Below, in pieces: positions 52,923-64,000 of a DNA stretch of 64,000 bases (its first letter is position 1; each line of letters starts with the position of its first letter). The stretch is taken from positions 38,502,001 to 38,566,000 of the forward strand of contig CM069158.1 in the NCBI GenBank assembly GCA_035221665.1, written 5' to 3'. Position numbers and translations under genes: made by a program. Origin of the DNA: Okamejei kenojei. Lineage: Eukaryota. Under the pieces are notes generated by a model. It worked only from the letters and a program-made list of their open reading frames with translations, searched no databases and was not told the origin of the DNA.

Positions 52923-54564
52923 AATTCAATTCAACTTTATTGTCATTGCACAGATACAAGTATGGGTACAACGAAATGCAGTTTAGCGTCAGTTCGTAGT
53001 AATAGCAATATAGAAATAAATACAGAATGCAGACAATGTGGACAGAGAGACTGGAGAAATCTATCGGCGGGACTCCGGGTTCAGCAGTGTGATGTTGTTG
53101 TAATAGAAGCTGTTCCTCATCCTGCTGGTGCGGGACCTGAGGCTCCTGTACCGCCTCCCCGATGGTAGGAGGGCAAACGGTCCATGGTTAGGGTGGGAGG
53201 GGTCTTTGATGATCTTCCCGGCCCGTCTCAGACACCGTTTTCGGTGGAGGGCATCCAAGGCAGGGAGCGGGGCACCGATGATGTGCTGGGCGGTTTTCAC
53301 CACCCGTTGTAGTGCCTTCCTGTCTGCAACGGTGCAACTGCTGTACCAGACCGTAAAGCAGGTGGTCAGGATGCTTTCAATGGTACATCGGTAAAAGTTG
53401 GTCAGGATCTGGGGGAACAGGTGGGCTTTTTTGAGCCTCCTCAGGAAGTAAAGGCGCTGCTGCGCCTTTTTGATCAGCTTGGAGGTGTTGAGGGACCAGG
53501 ACAGATCCTCTGAGAAGTGTACCCCGAGGAATTTGTAGTTGGAGACCCGCTCCACCTCAGACCCGTTTATATGGATGGGGGTGTGTCTGCCCCCTCTGTT
53601 CTTTCTAAAGTCAACAATGATTTCCTTCGACTTCTGGGAGTTGAGGACGAGATTATTATTGGCACACCAGGTTGTCAGGTGCTGGACCTCCTCCCTGTAG
53701 GCTGACTCGTCGTTATCGCTGATCAGTCCCACCACCGTGGTGTCGTCGGCAAATTTTATGATGGCGTTGGAGCCATACTTAGGGATGCAGTCATGGGTGA
53801 AGAGGGAGTAGAGGAGAGGACTGAGCACACAGCCCTGTGGCACGCCGGTGTTCAGTGTTATAGTGGAGGAGGTGAGGTTGTTGATCCTAACAGACTGTGG
53901 TCTGTTAGTGAGGAAATCCAGTGTCCAATTGCAGAGGGAAGTGGAGATGCCAAGACCGCTGAGTTTGGTGATCAAGCTAGCGGGTATGACAGTGTTAAAG
54001 GCGGAGCTGAAGTCAATGAACAGCAACCTGATGTAGGTGTTATTGCTGTCCAGGTGGGTCAGGGCAGAGTGTAGGGCCGCCGATATGGCGTCCTCTGTAG
54101 ACCTGTTGGTCCGGTAGGCAAACTGATGGGGGTCCAGTGTGGGGGGAAGGCTGGCTTTGAGGTGAGCCAAGATCAACCGCTCGAAGCACTTGGCTATGAC
54201 AGGGGTGAGTGCCACTGGCCGGAAATCGTTGAGACTCCCTGTCACTGATTGTTTGGGCACTGGCACAATGGTAGAAGTCTTGAGGCAAGTGGGGACGACA
54301 CCCTGGGCCAGTGACAGATTGAAAATGTCAGTGAGGACCAGGGATAGTTGTCCAGCACATGCCCTGAGCACCCGCCCGGGGATGCCATCGGGGCCGGCAG
54401 CTCTGTGCTCATTCGCCTTGCTCAGTGCATCTTGTACAGCAGAGGTGGAGAGACTGAGGGGTTGTTCATGCAGGGGTGGAGCAACTTTGATGGTTGGAGT
54501 TTTGTTGTCCCGGTCAAAGCGGGCGTAGAAATGGTTTAGCTCGTCAGGAAGGGAGGCATTGTCT

Positions 54565-54618
<54 letters not shown>

Positions 54619-55482
54619 GACTTTATGGTAATTGGCAATGGATTTGATTCCTTGCCACATGCGCCTGGAGTCAGAGTTATTTCGGAAATGCTCCTCGATC
54701 CGCCGTTAGTTGTTTGCTGATAGCAGCTTGCAGCTCTTCCATTGCTAGCCTGGCATTAACGTCCGGGGGTACATAGACTGCAGTGATAACAATCGATGTA
54801 AATTCCCTGGGCAGATAGAAGGGCCTGCACTTTATCATCAGGTATTCCAGGTCAGCAGAGCAGTGACTACCAATCCTGACAGCATCTGTACACCTTGAGT
54901 TGTTCACATAAATGCACAGTCTGCCGCCCTTGGTCTTACCGGAGTCCTCCGCTGTTCTATCGGCCCTGAAGACAGTGCGCCCCTCCAGCTCGATGGTGTT
55001 GTCCGGGATGTTGTCGGTGAGCCATGTTTCGGTGAAGACCACGGCATTGCAGTCGGCGATCCGGTTGTGTGTGGTGATCCATAGCCGTAGTTCGTCGATT
55101 TTACTCACCAGGGACCGGACATTTGCGAGGAAAATGCTGGGCAGAGCTGGCTAGTGCGGGTTTGATCTCAGCCTAGCTCGACAGCCTCCGCGCTTCCCAC
55201 GTCTTTGTTTGCGGTTCCTGCACCGCCTCCGGGCACTTCCTGTCGGGGGAGCTGGCCCGCTAGACCACGGTGTCCTGATGATATCCGGCGGCAGTTGAAA
55301 GTCGCTACTGGGGCTCGTTACGTGGAGACGGCCGAGCTCCAGTAGCTCCTGACGGCGTACAGAGTCTTCGCTCGAGCGCTCCGGGCGAGAACTAAGGTAA
55401 TTATTAACAGGAAGAAAACTAAATTGCTAAAACTACGGAGACGCAGAGCCTCGCGTTGTGCACGCAACGCCATCTTGAATTC
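52923..55482 (-). mobile_element. Rex1 (Rex-Babar) non-LTR retrotransposon with both ends intact and an internal deletion
   Basis: APE endonuclease (IFLANVRSL, VFTETWL, YLPREF) and RT ORF 53061-54638 ([30 protein letters not shown]). (TTGAA)n 3' tail, CAAGATGGCG at the 5' end, and ACTC duplicated at 52919-52922 and 55483-55486. Confidence 0.93.
54565..54617. repeat. ~53-nt poly-G homopolymer inside Rex1
   Basis: Seen directly in the sequence. Confidence 0.9.
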
Positions 55483-58400
55483 ACTCCGGCATTTTGTGTC
55501 TATCTTCGGTTTAAACCAGCATCTGTTCCTTCCTACACATTTGTTCTGCTTTTATCCTGCTCAACTGTACTTTATGTTAACTCCATAGTCTCTGTGCTAG
55601 GAAGCTAGTTTGCCAGAATCACTCGGAAAGTGCAGCATTGTTGCAGGTGCCAGCTGCTAGCTTGAGGATCTGAATACATGCTGGCGGAAGCTATAATGTC
55701 ACTATATCAAGGAGACCATTTCCAATTTAATTTTACTACCTTTCTGTTCCCATTCCAGGCTGATTCGTACCTGTGGAACACAGAGTTTAATTCAAGTTTC
55801 TGTACATAAAAGGCAGACACAATATGCTGGAGTAACTCAGCATCTCTTCCTTCTCTCCAGAGATGCTGCCTGTCCCACGGAGTTACTCCAGCATCTTGGT
55901 ATAAACCAGCATCTGCAGTTCCTTCCTACACATTTCTCTATATAAAAACTGATGCAACAACTCACCTGAATTTAAAAACCCTTGTCCACTCTTTAATCAT
56001 TCTGTACAATGGTATTCACTCAAATTCGACTCGTTACACTCAGTGGTATAATTTTATTTGCTCCCATTGGGACTATATTTCCATAACCTGGAATCCATTA
56101 GCACATTTATATTTGTGAGCAGGTGAGTGGAAAATTACTCTTTTTGTAAGTTTACACTTTCCATCATCCACCAATGACTTAATTTGGTGTTTATATGATA
56201 ATAGTCTAAGGGGGCAAATTAAATCCTTGAAAATAGTTCATAATCCTTCATTTACTGAGAGAAATTAACATTGTCTATTAATAAAACTCCACAAGCTCCA
56301 CTTGTATTGTACTCAATTTTAATTAACATGAACTGACTGCATATCCTCGAGCAGCAGGGAAATCTAAAGAGAGAACTTCTCGCTGAACCTTCTCCTCAAA
56401 TTTCTGGTTAAAGAGGCATATTGCTTACCTTTCTTAAAGTTTTACCTTCCAAGTTTTTGAAGGTAAAAGGCATGTAAAAGGAGTCTGATTTAAGTGGGTG
56501 AAATTGTACAGCATCAGTGATGAGTGACAGGTTTTTCAATTCCACGTGAGGTGCTGTGCTGGGATTTATATTGAGAAACTTCAACCTTTAATTTCGGGCC
56601 AGGCTTGCTGCCAGCACAGTTCCACAGCATCTTATTTGACATTTTGATTTGCCCCTTGGAAACACAACACAGTAAATGTGCCGTGATCGCTGGTCAATGC
56701 GGACTTGGAGGGCCGAAGGTCCTGCTTCTGCACTGTATCTCTAAACTAAACTAGTGTGTGAACGGGCGATCGCTGGTTGGTGCAGACCCAGTGGGCTGAA
56801 GGGCCTGTTTCTGCTCTGCATCTCTAAACTAAACTAAACTAAAGCAGGAATTGGTGCCGTGATTCACTGTGGAGGCTGCAGAAGATATTCACAAGAATAA
56901 TGCTAGAGTTTGCAGCGATGTGGAAAGATTGGATTGGTTGAAGCTTTGAAATAGAAAGGGGCAAATGGATAGTTAATTGGTCTAAATATGATAAATAGGA
57001 AAACAATAAGATAAACAAGGAGCTGTGCCTGGAATACACAATCTCTCTCCCAGACCAGTGCTGTTGATTTTACTTCGAGCTGTGCCAACATCAAAGAGTT
57101 TTCAGTGGGAAGGCCCAACTCTCACTTCCCAAGCATGACATTTTAAATCGGCCTCGGATCAAAGCTTCATGTTGTGAATTTTGTTTAACTACCTGGGTGA
57201 TCCTGATAAAGCATATCCTTGCCTGAAACCATAGCGGTTGAAGAAATGCATTACGATACAATGGATAAAGGCACTGCACGCTGCAGGACTAAACTGCAGA
57301 CATCAATAGGTTGAAGGTTTAATCCTAGTTGTGTTGCCTAGTTACGTAATCTCAGGCAGCACGTGATTCAGGAATTGGCTTTATTGCTGCTGAGCTTCAG
57401 AGAGAAAGATCATCCAGAGTTTCCACTGTCAGTGCGGACAACATGTCTTTGAAAACAGCAGGTGTTGACAGCTTCAACCGTCATGTTATTAATCTGTCCA
57501 GCGATATATGACAAGTGTTCGCCAGGCACAGTCTTGATTCCCTGTAAAAACAAGCAAGCAATAATGGGCGGATGCCTTCTGATTGCCCTGGATGTGATTA
57601 CACTGCAGAGAATGCAAGGGATAGATGTCTGGGACTGGAAAATTATAGCTATGCGGAAAGATTGAATGAGATTGAGTTAGTTATTCCTTGGAACAGAGGT
57701 GGCCATGAGATTGACGTGTGTAAAATTAGGAGTCCAAAGTAGAAAAATTGTAAACATTTCTGATAAGCAAGGGGATGAAAATTAATCTTATGTCAGAGTT
57801 GGTCTACCCCAGATCTCTACTCTTCTTCTGTCCCAATTCCCCATTACCCTCAACCAATGACCCTTCAAAAATCCATCCACCTCCACTTTAAATACTTGTA
57901 ATAAGTCGGCTCCACAACTCTCTGGGATAAAGATTTCCAGAAACTCAGTACTCTCTGCGAGAAGAAATGTCTCTGTGTCTCAGTTTTAAATGACCTATTA
58001 CTTAAAAGCAAGTACCCTCGATCAAGACTCTCCCACCGGTGGCAACATCTCAACGTCTACCCTGTCACCTTCTTGTTTATCTCAATAAGATGATAACTCA
58101 TTGGACTCTTTGATCAAAAGACGATTTGATTTGTATCTTTTAGGTTTAAGTTTATTATTGTCATGTACCGAGGTACAGTGGAAAGTTGTCTGTTGCAAAC
58201 TATCCAACCAGATCAGACTCGCCAACACCTGCAGTTCCTTCCTACACCAATCAGATATACCGTACTTAAATACAATCAAGTCAAACTTAAATACGACAGA
58301 GCCCATATGCCTCCCTGCTCGCCGAGTTCGAAGATGCCGAGTGCAGAATCTCAGCATTGTAGCGCATCAGTTCCACAGACAAAGTCCAATGTCCACAATG

Positions 58401-58710
58401 GGGTAGAGGTGACTCAGACGTCCAGAAGCCTGACAAAAGAGGGGAAGAAGCTGTTCCTAAGTCTGGAGGTGCACACACCCATGTTTCTGTACCTTCTGTC
58501 TAATGGGAGCAGGGAGAAGGAATAACTGAGTTGGGACAGATCTTTGATGTTGTCACTGGTGGTAAATCTGGTGTGAGTGATGGACTGGGCCACATCGCAT
58601 GTAGGACCATGATCATGTATAGCTGATGAAGGCAACAACGTAAAAATGGTTACAAAATTGTACAGTGACCTTGTACCCTTTTACTTTACTGTGCAACGTG
58701 GTCATGCTAC

Positions 58711-61199
58711 TTTGGGTAGTCGAGTCGATTGAGTAAAGTAAGATTCTTTATTTTGAACAACAATAAAGCGATTTGGCTGTTTAGAACAGCAAAAATACAA
58801 AGCTCCTTCCAACAGGGCGGAGTTTGAATGAATGCTCTGCAAAAGCCCACGAAAACACCCCGCGCCAGCCAATATCGAGGGTTTGTTATATTAGGCGCCG
58901 CTACAGGACCCCCCCCCCCCCCCAGATCCAGAGGTACAGAACCGAGCGGGGGGCCGGCCACGGCGACCGGACCGAGTGGAAACAAGGGACAGGACGGGCG
59001 ATACAAGTGGGAGCCAGGAAACGGTAACGGTGCAGGGGAGACAGGCACAACAGGTGCCACCGGGACGATCAGCGGACGGCCCCTATTCCGGGTTGCGCCA
59101 CCTCCACCGAGCTTGCGGTGAGCGATCAAGGCGATCTCCTCTTTGCCCCCAACATCCAACCGGAAAGTCGCGACGCTGGGGCGCAAGACCCGGTAGGGAC
59201 TCGCTCCTCATAAATCCGCCGCTGCGGTGACCGGTGCGAGTCCCTGCGGAGCAATACAAACAGGCAGTTCTTGAGGTCCAGCGGCACATACACTGGGGCT
59301 GTCCCATGCCGCAAGGTGGGAACAGGAGCCAGGCTGCACACTTTCTCCCGGAGACTTGCCCGAACGGCCGAGGTGGGCTCCACTTGCCCCCGAGCTGCAG
59401 GAAGAAAATCTCCGGGAACCCGCAATGGAGAGCCGGACACCAGCTCAGTGGACGACGTGTCCAGGTCCACTTTACGGGCCGTACTAATGCCTAACAGCAC
59501 CCAAGGCAACTGGTCGATGCAGTCCGGAACAGTGAGCCGCGCCTTCAGGGTGAACGGGAATCTGGTGGTAGCCGCGGACCAGGTCCACCTTGGAAAAAAA
59601 GGTGGCGCCCTCCAGGTGGGCCGTGACATCTTAAATATGTGGCACCGAGTAGCGGTCTGAGGTCATAACAGCATTCAAGCACCGATAATCCCCGCATGGT
59701 CTCCACCCCCCAGATGCTTTAGGGGCCATGTGCAATGGGGATGCCCACGGGCTATCCGAGCGGCGTACGATTCCCATGTCCTCCATCTGTCTGAACTCTT
59801 TAGCAATCCGCAGCTTGTCGGGCGGGAGCCTGCGCGCCCGTGTATGCAGTGGGGGGCCCGCGGTGGGAATATGGTGCACCACCCCGGGAACTCGGCGAGC
59901 AGGGAGGCATACGGGCCATTTCCATCAGCTACGGCGCTCAGCTGCGGGAGCAGGGTCGCGGACCCGGGGCACACTGTTGGAACAAGGCACCTGCTCCGTA
60001 CGTCCACTAGTAGCGAAAAGTCCCGGAGGAAATCGACGTCCAGCAACAGCTGGGCCACGTCCGCGACGGTAAATGGCCAGGAATATGGGCCGGAGTCAGA
60101 GACGAGGGGCATCTCAGCATGCCACACGTGCGGATGGTGCTGCTGTTGACGGCGGTCAGGACAGAGCCTCGCTTACCGGCACAGGCGTCCAGTCCAGTCG
60201 GGGGGGTGATGCTCTTGACGACCCCGGAGTCCACGAGGTCCCGAACGTAGAGGCGGTGATTCTGGCTGATCACGATAGCCTCTACTGACGATCGGCCGTG
60301 ACATTTCCTGCAAACGAGCAGAGGGTGCGGCATCGTCGGGCCTCAGCACCCCAGTGTTGGTGGTAGTAGCACCACTGCGCTTACCCCGGTCTCCAGCGGG
60401 CGGCTGCGGTGCGGCGACGGCAGCAGAGGGTTGGACGTTTCTGCGAGGCTGCTGGTGCACAGGTGCGACACCCGATTGCTGGACCCGCTGTCCTGCCGCT
60501 TGGCGAGCCACGGTTTGTCGGCCCGTTCAGCGAGCTGCAGGGGGTCGGCATAGTCCGATCCAGCGAAGAGCAGGCAGATGTCATCATGCATCTGCTCCAG
60601 GAGGGCCTGCTCAAACAGCAGGCAGGGTCGGTGGCCGTCCATCAGAGCGAGCTTCCGATCTCCGAGGCCGTCTATGTGGAGCAGGCAGGCGGCGCGATCG
60701 CGGCTGCTGAGCCCAAAAGTGCGGAGCAGCAGGGCCTTGAGGACCTCGTACTTGCCGATTGCTGGAGGATCCTGCAGGCAGGGCAGCAACCGTGTGGTCA
60801 TCTCTTGGCTAAGCGACCCGACCACGTAGAAATATCAGGTGGCGTCCGCGACGATCATTTCCAAGTTGGAACTGGGCCTGAATGCGGGCGAACCACACTT
60901 GAGGCTGCTCCGCCCACACAACGGGCAGTTTCAGGCCCATGGCATCTTGCTGGGGGAGCTGGGCCTCGGGGTTAGCGGCGTCTTGCATGTCGAAGTCCGA
61001 ATAAACGATCGGACTGACGGGGTCACCACTTTGGCGAGTCGAGTCGATTGAGTAAAATAAGATTCTTTATTTTGAACGACAATAAAGCGATTTACTCAAA
61101 CGCGTTCAGAACAGCCAAAAATACGAAGCTCCTTCTAACAGTGGCGCGCCAGCCAAGAGCCAGGGTTTGTGCCCCAAGCCACCACTAGGAGCGGCTACA
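58711..61199 (-). mobile_element. Internally deleted Ty3/Gypsy LTR retrotransposon
   Basis: LTRs at 58711-58905 and 61030-61199, TSD CTAC (58707-58710 / 61200-61203), PBS TGGTGACCCCG, and G-run PPT at ~58906-58923. Remnants of gag (LKALLLRTFGLS), protease (LVDSG), RT (SPWASPLHM...RPCGDYR.LN) and integrase (LPWVLLGI). Confidence 0.92.
61018..61028 (-). promoter_or_regulatory. Primer-binding site complementary to the tRNA-Trp 3' end
   Basis: TGGTGACCCCG lies one nt from the 5' LTR. Vertebrate tRNA-Trp ends ...CGGGGTCA-CCA. Confidence 0.75.
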
Positions 61200-62204
61200 C
61201 TACATTACTTGAATCAATATTACTTGAATCTTCAGAGGCTGAAGTAAGTGCAAACACACTCTCAGTGAGAAGTTCACCCTTATGTAAATTCTGATCAGTT
61301 TGTGTTGATAGTATTCAGTGCAGACTATGCACCAAGCCCTGGGCCTCTTCATCCTGAAACAATAAATGCCAAACATAATATAATTCTCCTTCGTCTGCAA
61401 TGATGCCAGGGCACTATGAACATTCAAATAGTTGTCAGGTTCAGACTGGGAGAGAGAAGGTCTCTGCTGAGCAGTTTGTTCAGCGATGTTAGATAAAGAG
61501 ATCTTGTCAACATGGACCTTGACATCTACATCTGCCGCTGATCCCAGTTATTTTTGACGCACGGTAGGGGAGCCTGAATTCTAAGTTTAGCGTTTCCAAT
61601 GCATGCCGCTATTACTCATCTATGTAACCATCTGTCAGCAAGGATTGAGAAAATCGGTCTCCAGTTACTCACTGCGTTTCTGAGAGAGCTGTGACTATTC
61701 TATGATGATGGAGAAGCACAGGTTGTCTACCAGGCTCTCTCCAGAGATGCTGCCTGTCCCACTGAGTTCCTCCAGCATTTTATGTCTATCTTTGATTTAA
61801 ACCAGCATCTGCAGTTCTTTCCTGCACATTTAGTCTACCCAGGCTGCTTTTCTCCACACAAGTGGGCAGGCGGCCACTATTTATGTCCAGGGTCCATACC
61901 TTAGACACAGTTCGTTCTTACTTTCGCCGGCTGCAGTCCGTCAGCTCTGTAATTTACAGGGGATGTCACAGTTTTGGTTTCTCAGACTCACCGTGTCACG
62001 GACATGGATGGGCATTGTTCAGCATGTCACCCAACGTCTGGGGCAAGTGTCTGAAGAGAGTTGTTCCTCTCGGTCCCAGTCGCTGGAGAACCCCAACCAC
62101 AGTACAAAATATCTTATTTATTGATTGCAAACTGGATGACGACTTCAACAAATCAAACTGAATTTTGAACCAATAACTAGATAATTAAGATAAATGAATG
62201 AACA

Positions 62205-62982
62205 GTTTACCATGGCAAGGTGTTGCATTTTGGGATGTCGAACAAGGGCAGGACCTACACAGTACATGGTAGGCCTCTGGGTAGGGAAGAGGGATCTAGG
62301 AGTACAGGTGCATGGTTCCTTGAAAGTCGAGTCGCAGGTGGTCAAAAAGGTTTTTGTCACATTGGCCTTCATCGGTCAGAGTATTGAGTATAGAAGTTGG
62401 GAAGTCATGTTGCATTTGTAGAAGACATTGGTGAGACTGCATTTATAGTATTGTGTTCAGTTCTGGGCACCATGTTCTAGGAAAGATATTGTCAAACTTG
62501 AAACGGTTCAGAAAAGATTTACAAGGATGTTGCCAGGACTAGAGGGTGTGAGCTATATGGAGAGGTTGAGTAGGCTGGGTCTCTATTCCATTAAGCGTTG
62601 GAGGATGAAGGGAGATCTTAGCAAGGTATACAAAACCATGAGGAGAATAGATCGGGTCGATGCACAGTCTTTTGCCCAGAGTAGGGGAGTTGAGGACCAG
62701 AGGACATAGGTTCAATGTGAAGAGGGAACGATTTATCACGATTTTCACACAAAGGTTGGAGGGTGTATGGAACGAGCTGCCAGTGTAGGTAGTTGAGGCT
62801 GGGACTATCCCATCGTTTAAAAAACGGCTAGACAGGTACATGGATAGGACATGTTTGGAGGGATATGGACCAAGGGCAGGCAAGTGGGACTAGTGTAGCT
62901 GGGACATTGTTGACTGGTATGGGCAAGTTGGACCAAAGGGCCTGTTTCCACGCCGTATCACTCTATGACTCTCTGACTCTCT
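62205..62982 (+). mobile_element. CR1 LINE 3' fragment
   Basis: Encodes RDLGVQVHGSLKVESQV and RMLPGLEGVSY...MKGDL, followed by a 3' UTR. Confidence 0.9.
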
Positions 62983-64000
62983 CCAAGATAAATATCAAAG
63001 GCAAACCTTTGGAATTTGTGGGAGGTTATGCATACAGGAGATGATCGGAAGACAAAAATTTACATTAATTCATCACACACATGCCACCCAATCAGGATTT
63101 AGAGTACGATTATGAAACGTGCAGACATTGTAAGTTATAGGAACAGAATTAGGCCATTCGGCCCATCAATGTATGCATTCCAATTGGAGTAGGCAGATGG
63201 TGCGTTACTGAGCAACAACTTGGTGTAAAATACCAATGGTTCTCAGCAGCATACGGAGAGCTGGAGCTGTCCACTGTTGGGCTGGGAACATTCTCGTGAA
63301 TGGGCACGAGGTTAAGCCCAGCGCAGGATAATGAGCCCAGTCATTTGTATGGAGTGTAATGGTTGCAGGGACAGGGTAAATGTAAGGTTGTTGACATCCT
63401 TTTGAATTAATTATTGTTTCATGTTTTGGATTGTGTTTTCATGTAAACTAAGTGTATTATTACCAGAGTAATTAAAAAAAAAATATATATATATATATAT
63501 TACTTAGATTTTGAGAGGTTTTGACATAATTCTCAATGTCAGGAACAGTCAGATCTTTTTCCAACTGGTTTAATCCAACCTAAACAGCATGACTCTGTGA
63601 TGCTGAACAATCTAATCTCTTCCCAGTGGTAACACAGGAGACTGCAGATGCTGGATTAACTCAGTGGGTCAAGCTGCATCTTTGAAGGGAATGGACAGGC
63701 GATGTTTCGGATCGAGATCCTTCTTCACTTTGTCAAGGTGATAGAAACTGTCAGCGCAGGGCTGGGGAACTATAAGGTTATAGGCTGTGCAGTGGAGATT
63801 GCCAGAATCTAGAAGGGTCCTGGTGAATAGAACAGTCTACAGCACAGACAATCATGGTCAGGTTCAACAGATTGTTCTGAATGGATGGTCCTTGTGGCTG
63901 GGGGCTGGCAAAATAATACACATTCACAAGATGAAGATCAGCAAAATGATGAAGATGTTCTCTCCATACAGACTGTGAATCTTTATAATTCACAGTTCAT

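Noticed and set aside
59000-61000. GC/CpG-rich block as a CpG-island promoter or host gene
   Set aside because: It is the Gypsy internal region, and the plus-strand ORFs are antisense shadows.
63787-63978. RVLVNRTVY resembles SEMA6B RVLRVNRTLF
   Set aside because: It lies downstream of later exons, and the flanks and splice sites do not fit.

Overview
Vertebrate genomic DNA, most likely from a cartilaginous fish (skate/ray). This is inferred from the HE1-type V-SINEs, CR1 LINEs and Penelope-derived short repeats. The only host coding sequence I can support is four consecutive plus-strand Sema-domain exons of a class-6 semaphorin, most like SEMA6B (38836-44392). The rest is probably intronic and is dominated by nested mobile DNA: two DIRS tyrosine-recombinase retrotransposons (one near full-length, one internally deleted), a deleted Gypsy LTR element, Rex1, Penelope, many CR1 fragments, MITEs, SINEs and tandem repeats, plus two assembly gaps. 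The main observations are: (1) two copies of a ~130-150 bp non-autonomous retroelement whose 5' 54 nt fold into a minimal CPEB3/HDV-like ribozyme, with the predicted cleavage site directly against the TSD; (2) more than a dozen Penelope-derived repeats carrying minimal hammerhead cores, often as inverted pairs; (3) splice signals in the long DIRS that would join the pol ATG in frame to the recombinase; (4) a shared TA(A/G)GATT integration target for both DIRS copies. All calls were made by eye. No searches or folding programs were run, and the boundaries of degenerate repeats are approximate.
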